DNA of 64,000 nt from an uncultured Bacteroidia bacterium (GTDB taxonomy: Bacteria > Bacteroidota > Bacteroidia > Bacteroidales > ML635J-15), in contig CADCCZ010000001.1 in NCBI GenBank assembly GCA_902800045.1, forward strand, positions 537,346 through 601,345, in the 5' to 3' direction. The first letter of the stretch is position 1; each line of letters begins with the position of its first letter. Made by a program: the position numbers and the translations under genes. Shown one piece after another: positions 55,957 to 64,000 of the stretch. The notes below the pieces were generated by a model. The model had not been told where the DNA came from and did not search any database. It saw only the letters and a list, made by a program, of their open reading frames with translations.

Positions 55957-56014
55957 TTGTCAATTCTCCTGTTTGTGGTAATAAAAATCCGATGCTAATA
56001 TTTCAGTTGTAAAT

Positions 56015-56035
56015 TTTCCCACAACTTGTGGGAAA
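56015..56035. promoter_or_regulatory. 21-bp near-perfect palindrome between hsdS and hsdR
   Basis: TTTCCCACAA-c-TTGTGGGAAA lies 14 nt after the hsdS stop and 59 nt before the hsdR ATG. It could be a hairpin (attenuator) or an operator. Confidence 0.45.
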
Positions 56036-56048
56036 TATTATTTCATGT

Positions 56049-57161
56049 CTATTCAAATATGTCTTTCAATAATGATTGTTTAAGGTCGTTGCAAAGGAAA
56101 AGAATTTGTGTGTTTATATTTTCGAGTTGTTTGCATTTATTGTAAAACTTGTCCAGTTTGTTTATTATTTCCTGTTGTTCATTTATGTCTGGAGGGAAGT
56201 TTATAATTAACTTGTTATATTTTTGTGCACTTATATTTGGTTGAGCAGCAGCAGCTTGGTTCTGTTTTACCCATTCATAATAATCTGAGGAATGAGTGTA
56301 ATAGAAAAGATATTTGGGTAATATTATATTGGGATTAGTACGGTATCTAATAAGATAGCCGGCAAAAACACAATCACCCAAATCGTCTTTATATACTAAG
56401 GTTTTCCCTACAGTAGCACCAGTTCTTGCAAATAAAATATCGCCTTCTTTTAGCTTTTCTTGTCTTTTGTCGCCCTTGTTTGTTGCGGATACTTTTTCTT
56501 CGTTTAACTCGCCATCTGCAGTAATATCTGTAATTCTAATGTACCTTATTCCATTATATCCCGTTGCAGATTCATTTAGTCCGTATTCTCCACATATTGT
56601 GCATAAATCTTTTAATTCTTTTGATTCCCAATTATTTTGTGGTTTTGTAAGTTTTGATATGGAATTTTCTAAAAGAAGTCTAGCTTCTAAAGATGCTTTT
56701 TCTGCATTTTCTTTCAGTTGGTCAATCTTGGCAAACTGGGTATCGAGATAGGAAACAATGCGCTGCTGCTCGGGAAGAGAAGGAACAGGAATTGGTGTGG
56801 ATTTTACGACCTGTTGTGTTAAACTTGGTAATGTAGTACCTGTGTTTTTCTTAGACCAATCTATATTCTTAATGAAATAGAAAATAAATTTGTTATTGTA
56901 ACCAGATTTGGCAGAAATACCAAATGCTGTATCAACATTCCAAAACCTACTACTAATAAATTGAGGATTATTAATACTACCTTTTCTTCCTAGAATTGTT
57001 GTACCAGCTTCGCAGATATATTCATTTGCATACCCCATAATATTACCGCCACTGCCATATATAGGATATTGTCCATGTTCAGAAATAACTTCTTTTTGGC
57101 ACTTCCCATGTATAACATCGGCAACATCACCCAACTTCATATTTTTCCAACCTTTTTTCAT
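56049..57161 (-). CDS. hsdS: type I R-M specificity subunit HsdS (two TRDs)
   Basis: Two target-recognition halves are separated by the conserved spacers LPEQQRIVSYLDTQFAKIDQLKEN and INEQQEIINKLDKFYNKCKQLE. The gene overlaps hsdM by 4 nt. Confidence 0.88.
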   Translation of the reverse strand: MKKGWKNMKLGDVADVIHGKCQKEVISEHGQYPIYGSGGNIMGYANEYICEAGTTILGRKGSINNPQFISSRFWNVDTAFGISAKSGYNNKFIFYFIKNIDWSKKNTGTTLPSLTQQVVKSTPIPVPSLPEQQRIVSYLDTQFAKIDQLKENAEKASLEARLLLENSISKLTKPQNNWESKELKDLCTICGEYGLNESATGYNGIRYIRITDITADGELNEEKVSATNKGDKRQEKLKEGDILFARTGATVGKTLVYKDDLGDCVFAGYLIRYRTNPNIILPKYLFYYTHSSDYYEWVKQNQAAAAQPNISAQKYNKLIINFPPDINEQQEIINKLDKFYNKCKQLENINTQILFLCNDLKQSLLKDIFE

Positions 57162-58597
57162 AGCATCTCGCGGATTTCGTTAATCAATCGTGCCGAATCT
57201 TCGTTAAGAGTGGCAATGGCGCTAAGTATGTCGGCTGTGGTGCGAGTGTCAACAACTTCGGGCTTGTTAGGGTTCTTTACAGAAAGGTCGCAGTCGTCGC
57301 CCAAGGTGGAAACATCAAGAGTCCACGAATTTTCGCTGTCCGTCTTTTCCTTTTGGAGAGAACGGAAGTCGGCAAGGTCGTTGTCGTCGAGCGGCTGAGT
57401 TTTGCCAAGGTTCCTGTCGAGATTGAGCTGGTAGTACCAAATCTTCTTTGTCGGCTCGCCTTTGGTAAAGAAAAGCACCACCGTCTTTACGCCAGCGCCT
57501 TGGAACACGCCTTGCGGCAAGTCGAGTATTGTGTGCAGGTTGCATTCTTCCAATAACATGCGCCTTACGCCAGCAGCATCGCCATTGCTCAGGAAAGTGT
57601 TCTTAATAACTATGCCTGCGCGGCCACCAGCCTTCAGCATCTTAATGAAATGCTGCATAAACATGTAGGCGGTTTCGCCAGTCTGTATTTCAAAGTTCTG
57701 CTTTACTTCCGAACGCTCTTTTCCGCCAAATGGTGGATTTGCAAGAATTACATCCTTGCGGTCTTTCTGCTGTATGTTTGCCAGATTTTCGGCAAGTGTG
57801 TTGCAACGGATAATGTTAGGAGCAGCTACGCCGTGGAAAATCATATTCATAATGGCGATTATGTACGGCAGTTCCATTTTCTCCTTGCCGGTGAAGGTGC
57901 GTTGCTGCAGAGTGTCGGAATCGGCAACGGATTTTATCTGCTTCTGCATATATACAAATGCTTCGCACAGGAAGCCGGCAGAACCGCAGGCAGGGTCGTA
58001 AATGGTTTCGCCTATTTGCGGTTTCACAACTTCTACAATGCTGCGGATAAGCGGACGGGGAGTGTAGTATTCGCCGCCATTGCGTCCTGCATTTCCCATA
58101 CGCCTTATCTTGTCCTCGTACAGGACAGACATTTCGTGCTTGTCTTCGTTCGACTGGAATGCAAGAGTGTCTATCTTGTTGATAATCTCGCGCATATTGT
58201 ATCCGCTGTTGATTTTGTTGCGCAATTCGGAGAAAATAACGCCAATCTTGTACTGGATTGTATTGTATGCAGCGGCAGTGTCCTTGAACTTGGCAAGTTC
58301 GGGAAATAGTTTCTGGTTGACAAAATCCACAAGGTCGTCGCCTGTCATTGCGTTTACAACATCGAGTTCGCCCTTGCTGTTTTTCGGAGCCGCCCAAACC
58401 GACCAGCGGTACTGTCCGGTAATAATTCGCTTGTATTCCTTGCCCGAAAGTTCGGCTTTTAGTTCTTGTTCTTTTTCAAGGTCGTCAAGATACTTTAAAA
58501 ACAGGAGCCAAGAGGTTTGCCCAATATAGTCGAGTTCGCTGCTGCATTCGTTGCGCAAAATGTCATCGATGGCGTTGAATGTGGTTTCGTATTTCAT
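57158..58597 (-). CDS. hsdM: type I R-M N6-adenine DNA methyltransferase HsdM
   Basis: It has an HsdM_N region, the SAM motif IYDPACGSAGFL and the catalytic ILANPPFGGK. Confidence 0.92.
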   Translation of the reverse strand: MKYETTFNAIDDILRNECSSELDYIGQTSWLLFLKYLDDLEKEQELKAELSGKEYKRIITGQYRWSVWAAPKNSKGELDVVNAMTGDDLVDFVNQKLFPELAKFKDTAAAYNTIQYKIGVIFSELRNKINSGYNMREIINKIDTLAFQSNEDKHEMSVLYEDKIRRMGNAGRNGGEYYTPRPLIRSIVEVVKPQIGETIYDPACGSAGFLCEAFVYMQKQIKSVADSDTLQQRTFTGKEKMELPYIIAIMNMIFHGVAAPNIIRCNTLAENLANIQQKDRKDVILANPPFGGKERSEVKQNFEIQTGETAYMFMQHFIKMLKAGGRAGIVIKNTFLSNGDAAGVRRMLLEECNLHTILDLPQGVFQGAGVKTVVLFFTKGEPTKKIWYYQLNLDRNLGKTQPLDDNDLADFRSLQKEKTDSENSWTLDVSTLGDDCDLSVKNPNKPEVVDTRTTADILSAIATLNEDSARLINEIREML

Positions 58598-58641
58598 TTA
58601 TTGAATAATTTGTGTTCGTTGTTCGTATATGTACAAACTTG

Positions 58642-58649
58642 CAAAGATA
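58642..58649 (-). promoter_or_regulatory. -7 promoter box (TATCTTTG) of hsdMS(R)
   Basis: The minus strand reads TATCTTTG about 45 nt upstream of the hsdM ATG. Confidence 0.5.
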
Positions 58650-58842
58650 ATAATTTGGGGAGAGAAAACTTAAAGTTGTTGAAATAAAAAATAGGAAATT
58701 GTTGTGATATTAAATCTCGTCGCTAACTCTTCAAAAAAATGAGTTACACCGCCATTTATTCTAAAAAATACACAACGGTAAGTGCCTGATTTTTTGTGGA
58801 TAACTTTTATGTGCTATTGTGGCTTGAAGTATTTTTTTTGTG

Positions 58843-58850
58843 TAATTTTG
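58843..58850 (+). promoter_or_regulatory. -7 promoter box (TAATTTTG) of small ORF
   Basis: TAATTTTG lies 20 nt upstream of the ATG at 58870. Confidence 0.5.
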
Positions 58851-58869
58851 CCAAATAGAATGATAAAAT

Positions 58870-59064
58870 ATGAAGCAAAAACCATACGATACAGAATCCG
58901 ATGATAACCAGTCTGTTGTAGCTGAGCCTACTACAGCATACGGAAGTATTGGTACTACTATGGTTACAAGGTCTGTCGGCAGTTCTGGCAGAATGTCGGT
59001 AGAAGAATATTTTGGGGAACTTCGTGCTATGGTCAACAAATACTATGAAAATCTACAAAGTTGA
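58870..59064 (+). CDS. hypothetical small protein (64 aa)
   Basis: It has its own TAnnTTTG box upstream and a strong terminator downstream. The N-terminal half is acidic and disordered, and the C-terminus MSVEEYFGELRAMVNKYYENLQS is helical. I recognise no family. Confidence 0.4.
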   Translation: MKQKPYDTESDDNQSVVAEPTTAYGSIGTTMVTRSVGSSGRMSVEEYFGELRAMVNKYYENLQS

Positions 59065-59110
59065 AATAGATTCGTCGGCACGGGAGAATATATCTGATAT
59101 TACACAACAC

Positions 59111-59150
59111 AAAACAAGGCATAACCATCACGATTATGCCTTGTTTTTCT
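59111..59150. terminator. bidirectional terminator
   Basis: AACAAGGCATAA-ccatcacga-TTATGCCTTGTT is a 12-bp stem, T-rich on both sides in the respective strands. Confidence 0.8.
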
Positions 59151-59166
59151 TTTTAAGTCTTGCTGA

Positions 59167-59325
59167 CTATTCTTCTTCAAAGTCTTCCTTTCCAACTCCG
59201 CAGAGAGGGCAGGTCCAGTCGTCTGGCAAGTCTTCGAATGCGGTTCCCGGAGCTATTTTGCCATCAGGGTCACCTGCTGTCGGGTCGTAAACATATCCGC
59301 AAATCTTACAAACATACTTCTTCAT
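59167..59325 (-). CDS. rubredoxin (52 aa; below the ORF-track length cutoff)
   Basis: My hand translation of the minus strand gives [52 protein letters not shown]. It has both CxxCG knuckles and the canonical rubredoxin core. Confidence 0.9.
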   Translation of the reverse strand: MKKYVCKICGYVYDPTAGDPDGKIAPGTAFEDLPDDWTCPLCGVGKEDFEEE

Positions 59326-59351
59326 ATTCGTGTCTGTTTTAGGGTTAGTAA

Positions 59352-60548
59352 TTATTTGTTCAAAATCTCATTTACAAATTTGTCAACGCTGTCCTTCTGG
59401 CTTTCGTTCAATGCCGACTTGATTGTGAGCGTGGTGTCGGTGATGACATTGTTGTTGAATGCCAGCATTTCGCGCATCTGCTTTCCTGCCGTCGGTGCCC
59501 AGGTGCCATTTTCGGCTACGGCAAACACGCGGTTCTGCAGGTTGTGCGATTTCATCTCGTCGATGAAAATCTTTACTGGCGTATAGACTTCGGCATTGTA
59601 GGTGGACGAAAGAATTACAATCCTGCGGCAACGGAATGCTTCCGATAGCAAGTAGGAGGGAGGCGTTACCGATGCGTCGTACATTGCGATGTTTTTCTGT
59701 CCGTCTTCGGCAAGGCGTGATGCGACAATGTTGGCTGCCGATTCGGTATGACCGTACAGCGAACCGTATATTATTAATATGGTATCGTCCTCGGCTTCGT
59801 AGCGGCTCCATTTGTCGTACTTGTCAACGAAATAGCCGATATTTTCGCGCCAGATTGGTCCGTGAAGCGGGCATAGCATCTTTATTTCCAATGTTGAAGC
59901 CTTTTTCAAAAGGTTCTGTACCTGTGTGCCGTACTTGCCTACGATGTTGGAGTAGTAGCGGCGTGCTTCGTCGAGCCAGTCGCGGTCGAAGTTGACTTCG
60001 TCGGCGAAAAGGTTGCCGTTCAGAGCCTTGAATGTGCCGAATGCATCTGCCGAGAACAAAGTCTTGGTTGTAATGTCGTAGCTGACAATTACTTCTGGCC
60101 AGTGAACCATAGGTGCGGTGCAGAAAGTGAATTCGTGCTTGCCGAAACTCATCTTGTCGCCTTCCTTTACGGTAATGAAGCGCTCAGTCGCTATGCAGTC
60201 GAAGAACTGCAGAATCATCTTTTGTGCCTGTGCGCTGCAGATGATTTTTGCTTCGGGGTATTCGTATGCGGTACGGCAAAGCAATGAGCTATGGTCTGGT
60301 TCAACATGGTTTACAATTATGTAGTCCAGTTTTTCGTTGTCGCCGATGAGCGAGTATATGTTCTCGAAAAACTGGTCGGCAACAGAGTTGTCGGATGTGT
60401 CGATGAGTACATTTTTCTCGTCCTTCAGCAGGTATGCGTTGTACGATACGCCCTGAGGCACAGGCATTATGTTTTCGAAAAGATTGAGTCGGCGGTCGCT
60501 CGAACCTACCCAGTATAAATCTTCGCTGATTTTCCTTGCGTTGTTCAT
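59352..60548 (-). CDS. flavodiiron protein (FprA/ROO-type A-type flavoprotein)
   Basis: The metallo-beta-lactamase-like diiron domain (NAYLL...[12 protein letters not shown]) is followed by a C-terminal flavodoxin-like domain ([13 protein letters not shown]). Rubredoxin lies 26 nt downstream. Confidence 0.88.
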   Translation of the reverse strand: MNNARKISEDLYWVGSSDRRLNLFENIMPVPQGVSYNAYLLKDEKNVLIDTSDNSVADQFFENIYSLIGDNEKLDYIIVNHVEPDHSSLLCRTAYEYPEAKIICSAQAQKMILQFFDCIATERFITVKEGDKMSFGKHEFTFCTAPMVHWPEVIVSYDITTKTLFSADAFGTFKALNGNLFADEVNFDRDWLDEARRYYSNIVGKYGTQVQNLLKKASTLEIKMLCPLHGPIWRENIGYFVDKYDKWSRYEAEDDTILIIYGSLYGHTESAANIVASRLAEDGQKNIAMYDASVTPPSYLLSEAFRCRRIVILSSTYNAEVYTPVKIFIDEMKSHNLQNRVFAVAENGTWAPTAGKQMREMLAFNNNVITDTTLTIKSALNESQKDSVDKFVNEILNK

Positions 60549-60576
60549 TTTATTTGTGTTTTTGTTTTGTAATTCG

Positions 60577-60584
60577 CAAAGTTA
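60577..60584 (-). promoter_or_regulatory. -7 promoter box (TAACTTTG) of the FDP-rubredoxin operon
   Basis: The minus strand reads TAACTTTG about 29 nt upstream of the ATG at 60548. Confidence 0.5.
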
Positions 60585-60639
60585 ATGTTTTCGTTGAGAG
60601 ATAGGCAAAAATTTTTTCAATAATTTTTGTGGATTGTTG

Positions 60640-60707
60640 AGACGCAAAATTTTGCGTCTGTACATAATATAAAGGATATCATTGTAGAGACGTTGCGTGC
60701 AACGTCT
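60640..60707. repeat. composite palindromic element: AGACGCAAAATTTTGCGTCT (copy 3) + AGACGTTGC-gt-GCAACGTCT
   Basis: The first palindrome is at 60640-60659 and the second at 60688-60707. Relative to 51960-51979, the second palindrome differs by a paired A>G / T>C change that keeps the arms complementary. Confidence 0.9.
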
Positions 60708-60962
60708 TAAAATATATGTGCGTGATGAATGTTTGTAAATTATTGATAAATAGAATATTATAATTGTACTGTATTTGGTTTTTTAGTTTCAACTATAAAA
60801 ATCTTTATTTTTTTACATTTTGAAATATAAATTTTGAGAAAATTTTGCAGTTCAGAATATAAATGGGAATAATTTGTAAGTGTATCTTGTTGATATATTT
60901 GTGATTAATAAATGTTAGGTTCAACATTTTTCAAAAAAATAATTGCCATGCGGATTTTTTAG

Positions 60963-60970
60963 TAAATTTG
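60963..60970 (+). promoter_or_regulatory. -7 promoter box (TAAATTTG) of the MFS gene
   Basis: TAAATTTG lies 32 nt upstream of the ATG at 61002. Confidence 0.45.
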
Positions 60971-61001
60971 CGGTCAAATAAATTTTAAATAGATAATAGT
61001 T

Positions 61002-62639
61002 ATGTCAGAAAAACTTACATTGAGAGACAATGCGACCATGCGCTGGCTTGCATTGCTGTTGTTGGCTCTGGCGATGTTCTGTTCATACATATTTATGGAC
61101 ATTCTGTCGCCAATTAAGGACTTGATGCAGGACACCCGTGGTTGGGATAGTGCTTCGTTTGGTAGAATGCAGGGCGCTGAAGTTTTCCTCAACGTCTATG
61201 TCTTTTTCCTCATTTTTGCTGGTATCATCCTCGACAAAATGGGAGTACGTTTCACTGCTGTGCTTTCGGGTGCTGTAATGTTGATAGGTGGTTTCATAAA
61301 GTACTATGCTGTTAGCGAGAGCTTTATCGGTACCGGCCTTGAAGAGTGGTTCACCAATCATCTTAACTGGGATGGCGAGTTTCCTATCATAGGTACTATC
61401 TTCCCGTTTGCCGAAGGTATGCCGGCATCTGCAAAACTTGCAGCAATAGGCTTCATGCTTTTCGGTTGCGGTTGTGAAATGGCAGGTATTACTGTTAGCC
61501 GTGGTATTGTTAAATGGTTCAAGGGCCGCGAAACAGCTTTGGCTATGGGTTCGGAAATGGCTCTTGCTCGTCTCGGTGTTGCAACCTGTATGATTTTCTC
61601 GCCGTATTTTGCAAAACTCGGTGGCGAAATTCATGTTGATAATGCTGTAAAATTCGGCGTTGTACTGCTTTGCATTGCCTTGATGATGTTCATTGTATAC
61701 TTCTTCATGGATAGAAAACTTGATGCTCAGACTGGTGAAGCAGAAGAAAAAGACGATCCATTTAAATTCAAAGATTTGGGCAAGATTTTCACAAGTTTAG
61801 GCTTCTGGTTAGTAGCTTTGCTTTGCGTTCTTTACTACTCGGCAATCTTCCCATTCCAGAAATATGCTGTTAATATGCTTCAGTGCAACTTGACCTTAAA
61901 TCCTGCTGACGCAAGTACATATTGGGGCGGTAGTACAGAGTCGTTCCCGATTTCTGTAACAATCGTTCAGTATATTATAATGTTGATTGTAGCTATCTGC
62001 TCATTTGCAAGCAACTTCTCAAAGAAGAAAGGATTGAAGTACGGTTTGATGGGATTTGCTGTTATAGCTTTGGTAGTTTACTGCTACATGGGTTACATGA
62101 GAGGTACTGCCGAGACTATTTTCGCAGTATTCCCATTGTTGGCTGTAGCAATCACTCCTATACTTGGTAACTATGTTGACCATAAGGGTAAGGCTGCAAC
62201 AATGCTTATGCTCGGTTCTATATTGCTCGTAATCTGCCACCTCACTTTCGCTTTCATTCTCCCGATGTTCAAGGGTAGCGCTGTTGGTGGTACTATAATC
62301 GCATACGTAACCATTCTCGTACTCGGAGCTTCGTTCTCGTTGGTACCAGCTGCTTTGTGGCCAAGCGTTCCAAAGTTGGTTGACGAAAAGATTATCGGTT
62401 CGGCTTACGCTGCAATATTCTGGATTCAGAATATAGGTCTTGGTTTGTTCCCAGCACTTATCGGTTTGGTTCTCAACGGAACTAACGCTGAAGGTACAGC
62501 TGCTCACGAGCTTGATTACACATGGGCTCTCATTATGCTCGCTGCACTTGGTATTGCTGCATTGCTCATTTCAATATACCTTAAGGCTGTCGACAAGAAA
62601 AAAGGTTATGGACTTGAACAACCGAACATTAAAGAATAA
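61002..62639 (+). CDS. MFS transporter (substrate unknown)
   Basis: It has about 12 or more TM segments in two halves joined by a charged central loop (DRKLDAQTGEAEEKDDPFKFKD), at 545 aa. Confidence 0.7.
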   Translation: MSEKLTLRDNATMRWLALLLLALAMFCSYIFMDILSPIKDLMQDTRGWDSASFGRMQGAEVFLNVYVFFLIFAGIILDKMGVRFTAVLSGAVMLIGGFIKYYAVSESFIGTGLEEWFTNHLNWDGEFPIIGTIFPFAEGMPASAKLAAIGFMLFGCGCEMAGITVSRGIVKWFKGRETALAMGSEMALARLGVATCMIFSPYFAKLGGEIHVDNAVKFGVVLLCIALMMFIVYFFMDRKLDAQTGEAEEKDDPFKFKDLGKIFTSLGFWLVALLCVLYYSAIFPFQKYAVNMLQCNLTLNPADASTYWGGSTESFPISVTIVQYIIMLIVAICSFASNFSKKKGLKYGLMGFAVIALVVYCYMGYMRGTAETIFAVFPLLAVAITPILGNYVDHKGKAATMLMLGSILLVICHLTFAFILPMFKGSAVGGTIIAYVTILVLGASFSLVPAALWPSVPKLVDEKIIGSAYAAIFWIQNIGLGLFPALIGLVLNGTNAEGTAAHELDYTWALIMLAALGIAALLISIYLKAVDKKKGYGLEQPNIKE

Positions 62640-62656
62640 TGTTATCGCAATTAAAT

Positions 62657-62687
62657 AAAAAAGGGATTCTGCGGAATCCCTTTTTTT
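62657..62687. terminator. bidirectional rho-independent terminator
   Basis: The sequence A6-GGGATTC-tgcg-GAATCCC-T7 lies between convergent genes. Confidence 0.8.
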
Positions 62688-62706
62688 GTGCTATATTGTT
62701 TCTTGT

Positions 62707-63756
62707 CTATTTCGGTGGAAGAATTTTCCCGTCGTTTGAAATCCTCGGCAAATTGTCGTAGATGTCGGCAGCGGTGAGTTCCTGTATTATTTTCAGAACT
62801 CGCTTTTGCGGGTCAATGTGCGGACCTTTGTTCGGTTTTGTCTGGTAGGTTGATATTATTTCGCCGCTGATGAAGTTTCCTGTGCTTGCATTTACCTTGA
62901 AGCGGAAAATAGGAGCGAGGCCCATTTCATCGTTTATGTTTATTGTATTGTAGGTGAAAAAGTTTCCCATGCTGTAGGCAATGAATTTTCCTTTGTATAT
63001 TTCGATTGCGCGAGTAACGTGTGGACCATGTCCGAGAACTATGTCGGCACCATTGTCGATGGCATCGTGGGCAAACTGGTATGCGTTGCCACGGTTCTGC
63101 TCGATGTAGTAGTCGTCTTGACGAGTAAGATGTCTGTACTTTTTGCCTTCGCCACCGCAGTGCATCGAGACGATGACGATGTCGCAAGTCTTACGTAGCG
63201 CCTTTATTGTGTTGGCAACCAATTGTTTGTCGTGCAGATAGGCGATGGCTGTGTTGGGTGAGAATGCACAGAATCCGTACTTTACTCCATTTATTGTGAA
63301 TGTGCACGAAGGTTTTGTTGCGTAGCCTGCCCAGTTGAATCCCATCTTGTCGAGGATTTTCGCTGTGTTCTCGCGTCCGTACTGGCGGAAGTCGTTTGCG
63401 TGGTTGTTGCCGACGCTGATTAGGTTGAATCCGGCATCTTTGTATCCGTTTGCAAAAACCGACGGCATTCCAAAGCAAAACGGACAGCATTCGGGAACAA
63501 GCGTGTCGGCAAGTACGCCTTCCATGTTGCAGAAGACGATGTCGCCGTTGAAGTATGGTTTAACTTCGTCGAGGAAACCCTTGTAGTTTTCGTTTGGTGG
63601 CAGGTAGCTTCTGTCGGGGAAGATGGAACCGAACATAATGTCGCCTACGGCAACAACGGTAATTGTGTCGGAATGAGCATTTTGCTGTGAATATGTGTTA
63701 ATGCATATTGTAAAAAATGTGGCGATTAACGCACAAATAATTGCTATTTTTTTCAA
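62707..63756 (-). CDS. CapA-family metallophosphatase-like protein (secreted)
   Basis: It has a signal peptide, then VVAVGDIMFG, NMEG, VGNNHANDF, VSMHCGGE and LGHGPHV, the CapA/PGA_cap calcineurin-like motif series. Confidence 0.8.
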   Translation of the reverse strand: MKKIAIICALIATFFTICINTYSQQNAHSDTITVVAVGDIMFGSIFPDRSYLPPNENYKGFLDEVKPYFNGDIVFCNMEGVLADTLVPECCPFCFGMPSVFANGYKDAGFNLISVGNNHANDFRQYGRENTAKILDKMGFNWAGYATKPSCTFTINGVKYGFCAFSPNTAIAYLHDKQLVANTIKALRKTCDIVIVSMHCGGEGKKYRHLTRQDDYYIEQNRGNAYQFAHDAIDNGADIVLGHGPHVTRAIEIYKGKFIAYSMGNFFTYNTININDEMGLAPIFRFKVNASTGNFISGEIISTYQTKPNKGPHIDPQKRVLKIIQELTAADIYDNLPRISNDGKILPPK

Positions 63757-63774
63757 TGCTTTTATGTTTTTATG

Positions 63775-64000
63775 TTAGTACCAGAGGTTTTGAAAATATT
63801 TGTGGAATAAGTCAAAGCCTTCGTTTACTCTGTTTTCGTCAATCTCGTCGCTGTTGCGATAATTTTCGAAAGCCCATATCATCTTGTCAAGGATTCCTTG
63901 CCATTCTTCGAATGACATATAGCAAGGGCTACTAGGTTCCAGTTCCTTGAAGCGTTTTAGGCGAGGGGCTATTAAGTCGCAAATATTGCAGTCGAGGTTG
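63775..64000 (-). CDS. hypothetical protein, C-terminal 75 codons only (5' end outside window)
   Basis: The minus-strand frame is open from the window edge to the TAA at 63775-63777. It translates as ...NLDCNICDLIAPRLKRFKELEPSSPCYMSFEEWQGILDKMIWAFENYRNSDEIDENRVNEGFDLFHKYFQNLWY. I recognise no family. Confidence 0.4.
   Translation of the reverse strand, partial: NLDCNICDLIAPRLKRFKELEPSSPCYMSFEEWQGILDKMIWAFENYRNSDEIDENRVNEGFDLFHKYFQNLWY

Overview
This 64-kb window looks like a Bacteroidota (Bacteroidales-type) chromosome segment. The evidence is TAnnTTTG -7 promoter boxes before most transcription units, no Shine-Dalgarno sites, a T9SS C-terminal sorting domain, and DUF2723/TlpA/PiT-type gene content. 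Most genes are core housekeeping: typA, fsa, tsaC, ftsX, sufE, trxA, rpsF-rpsR-rplI, PiT/PhoU-like, rsmA, thyA-folA, smpB, plsY, M16 and M13 peptidases, tRNA-Phe and tRNA-Arg. The accessory content is as follows. (1) The end of a siphovirus-like prophage tail module (tape measure, Dit-like and Tal-like genes) stops about 70 bp from the 3' end of tRNA-Phe. (2) There is a complete type I R-M operon, hsdM-hsdS-hsdR. (3) Two paralogous COG1373-like AAA+ ATPases carry a C-terminal PD-(D/E)xK-type region. One converges on the R-M locus, and each sits behind its own tandem array of short palindromic sites. I rate these as the best candidates for an undescribed system. (4) There are two oxygen/iron-stress loci: reverse rubrerythrin, a NifX-like protein, ferritin and a flavin-reductase::rubredoxin fusion in one, and rubredoxin plus a flavodiiron protein in the other. 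(5) A dispersed palindromic element occurs at three loci, and several unusual short-unit tandem-repeat tracts lie at gene 3' ends. (6) A RhuM-like fusion protein sits beside smpB. No CRISPR array, rRNA, transposase or integrase is visible. All protein calls come from reading motifs by eye; no database search was possible.
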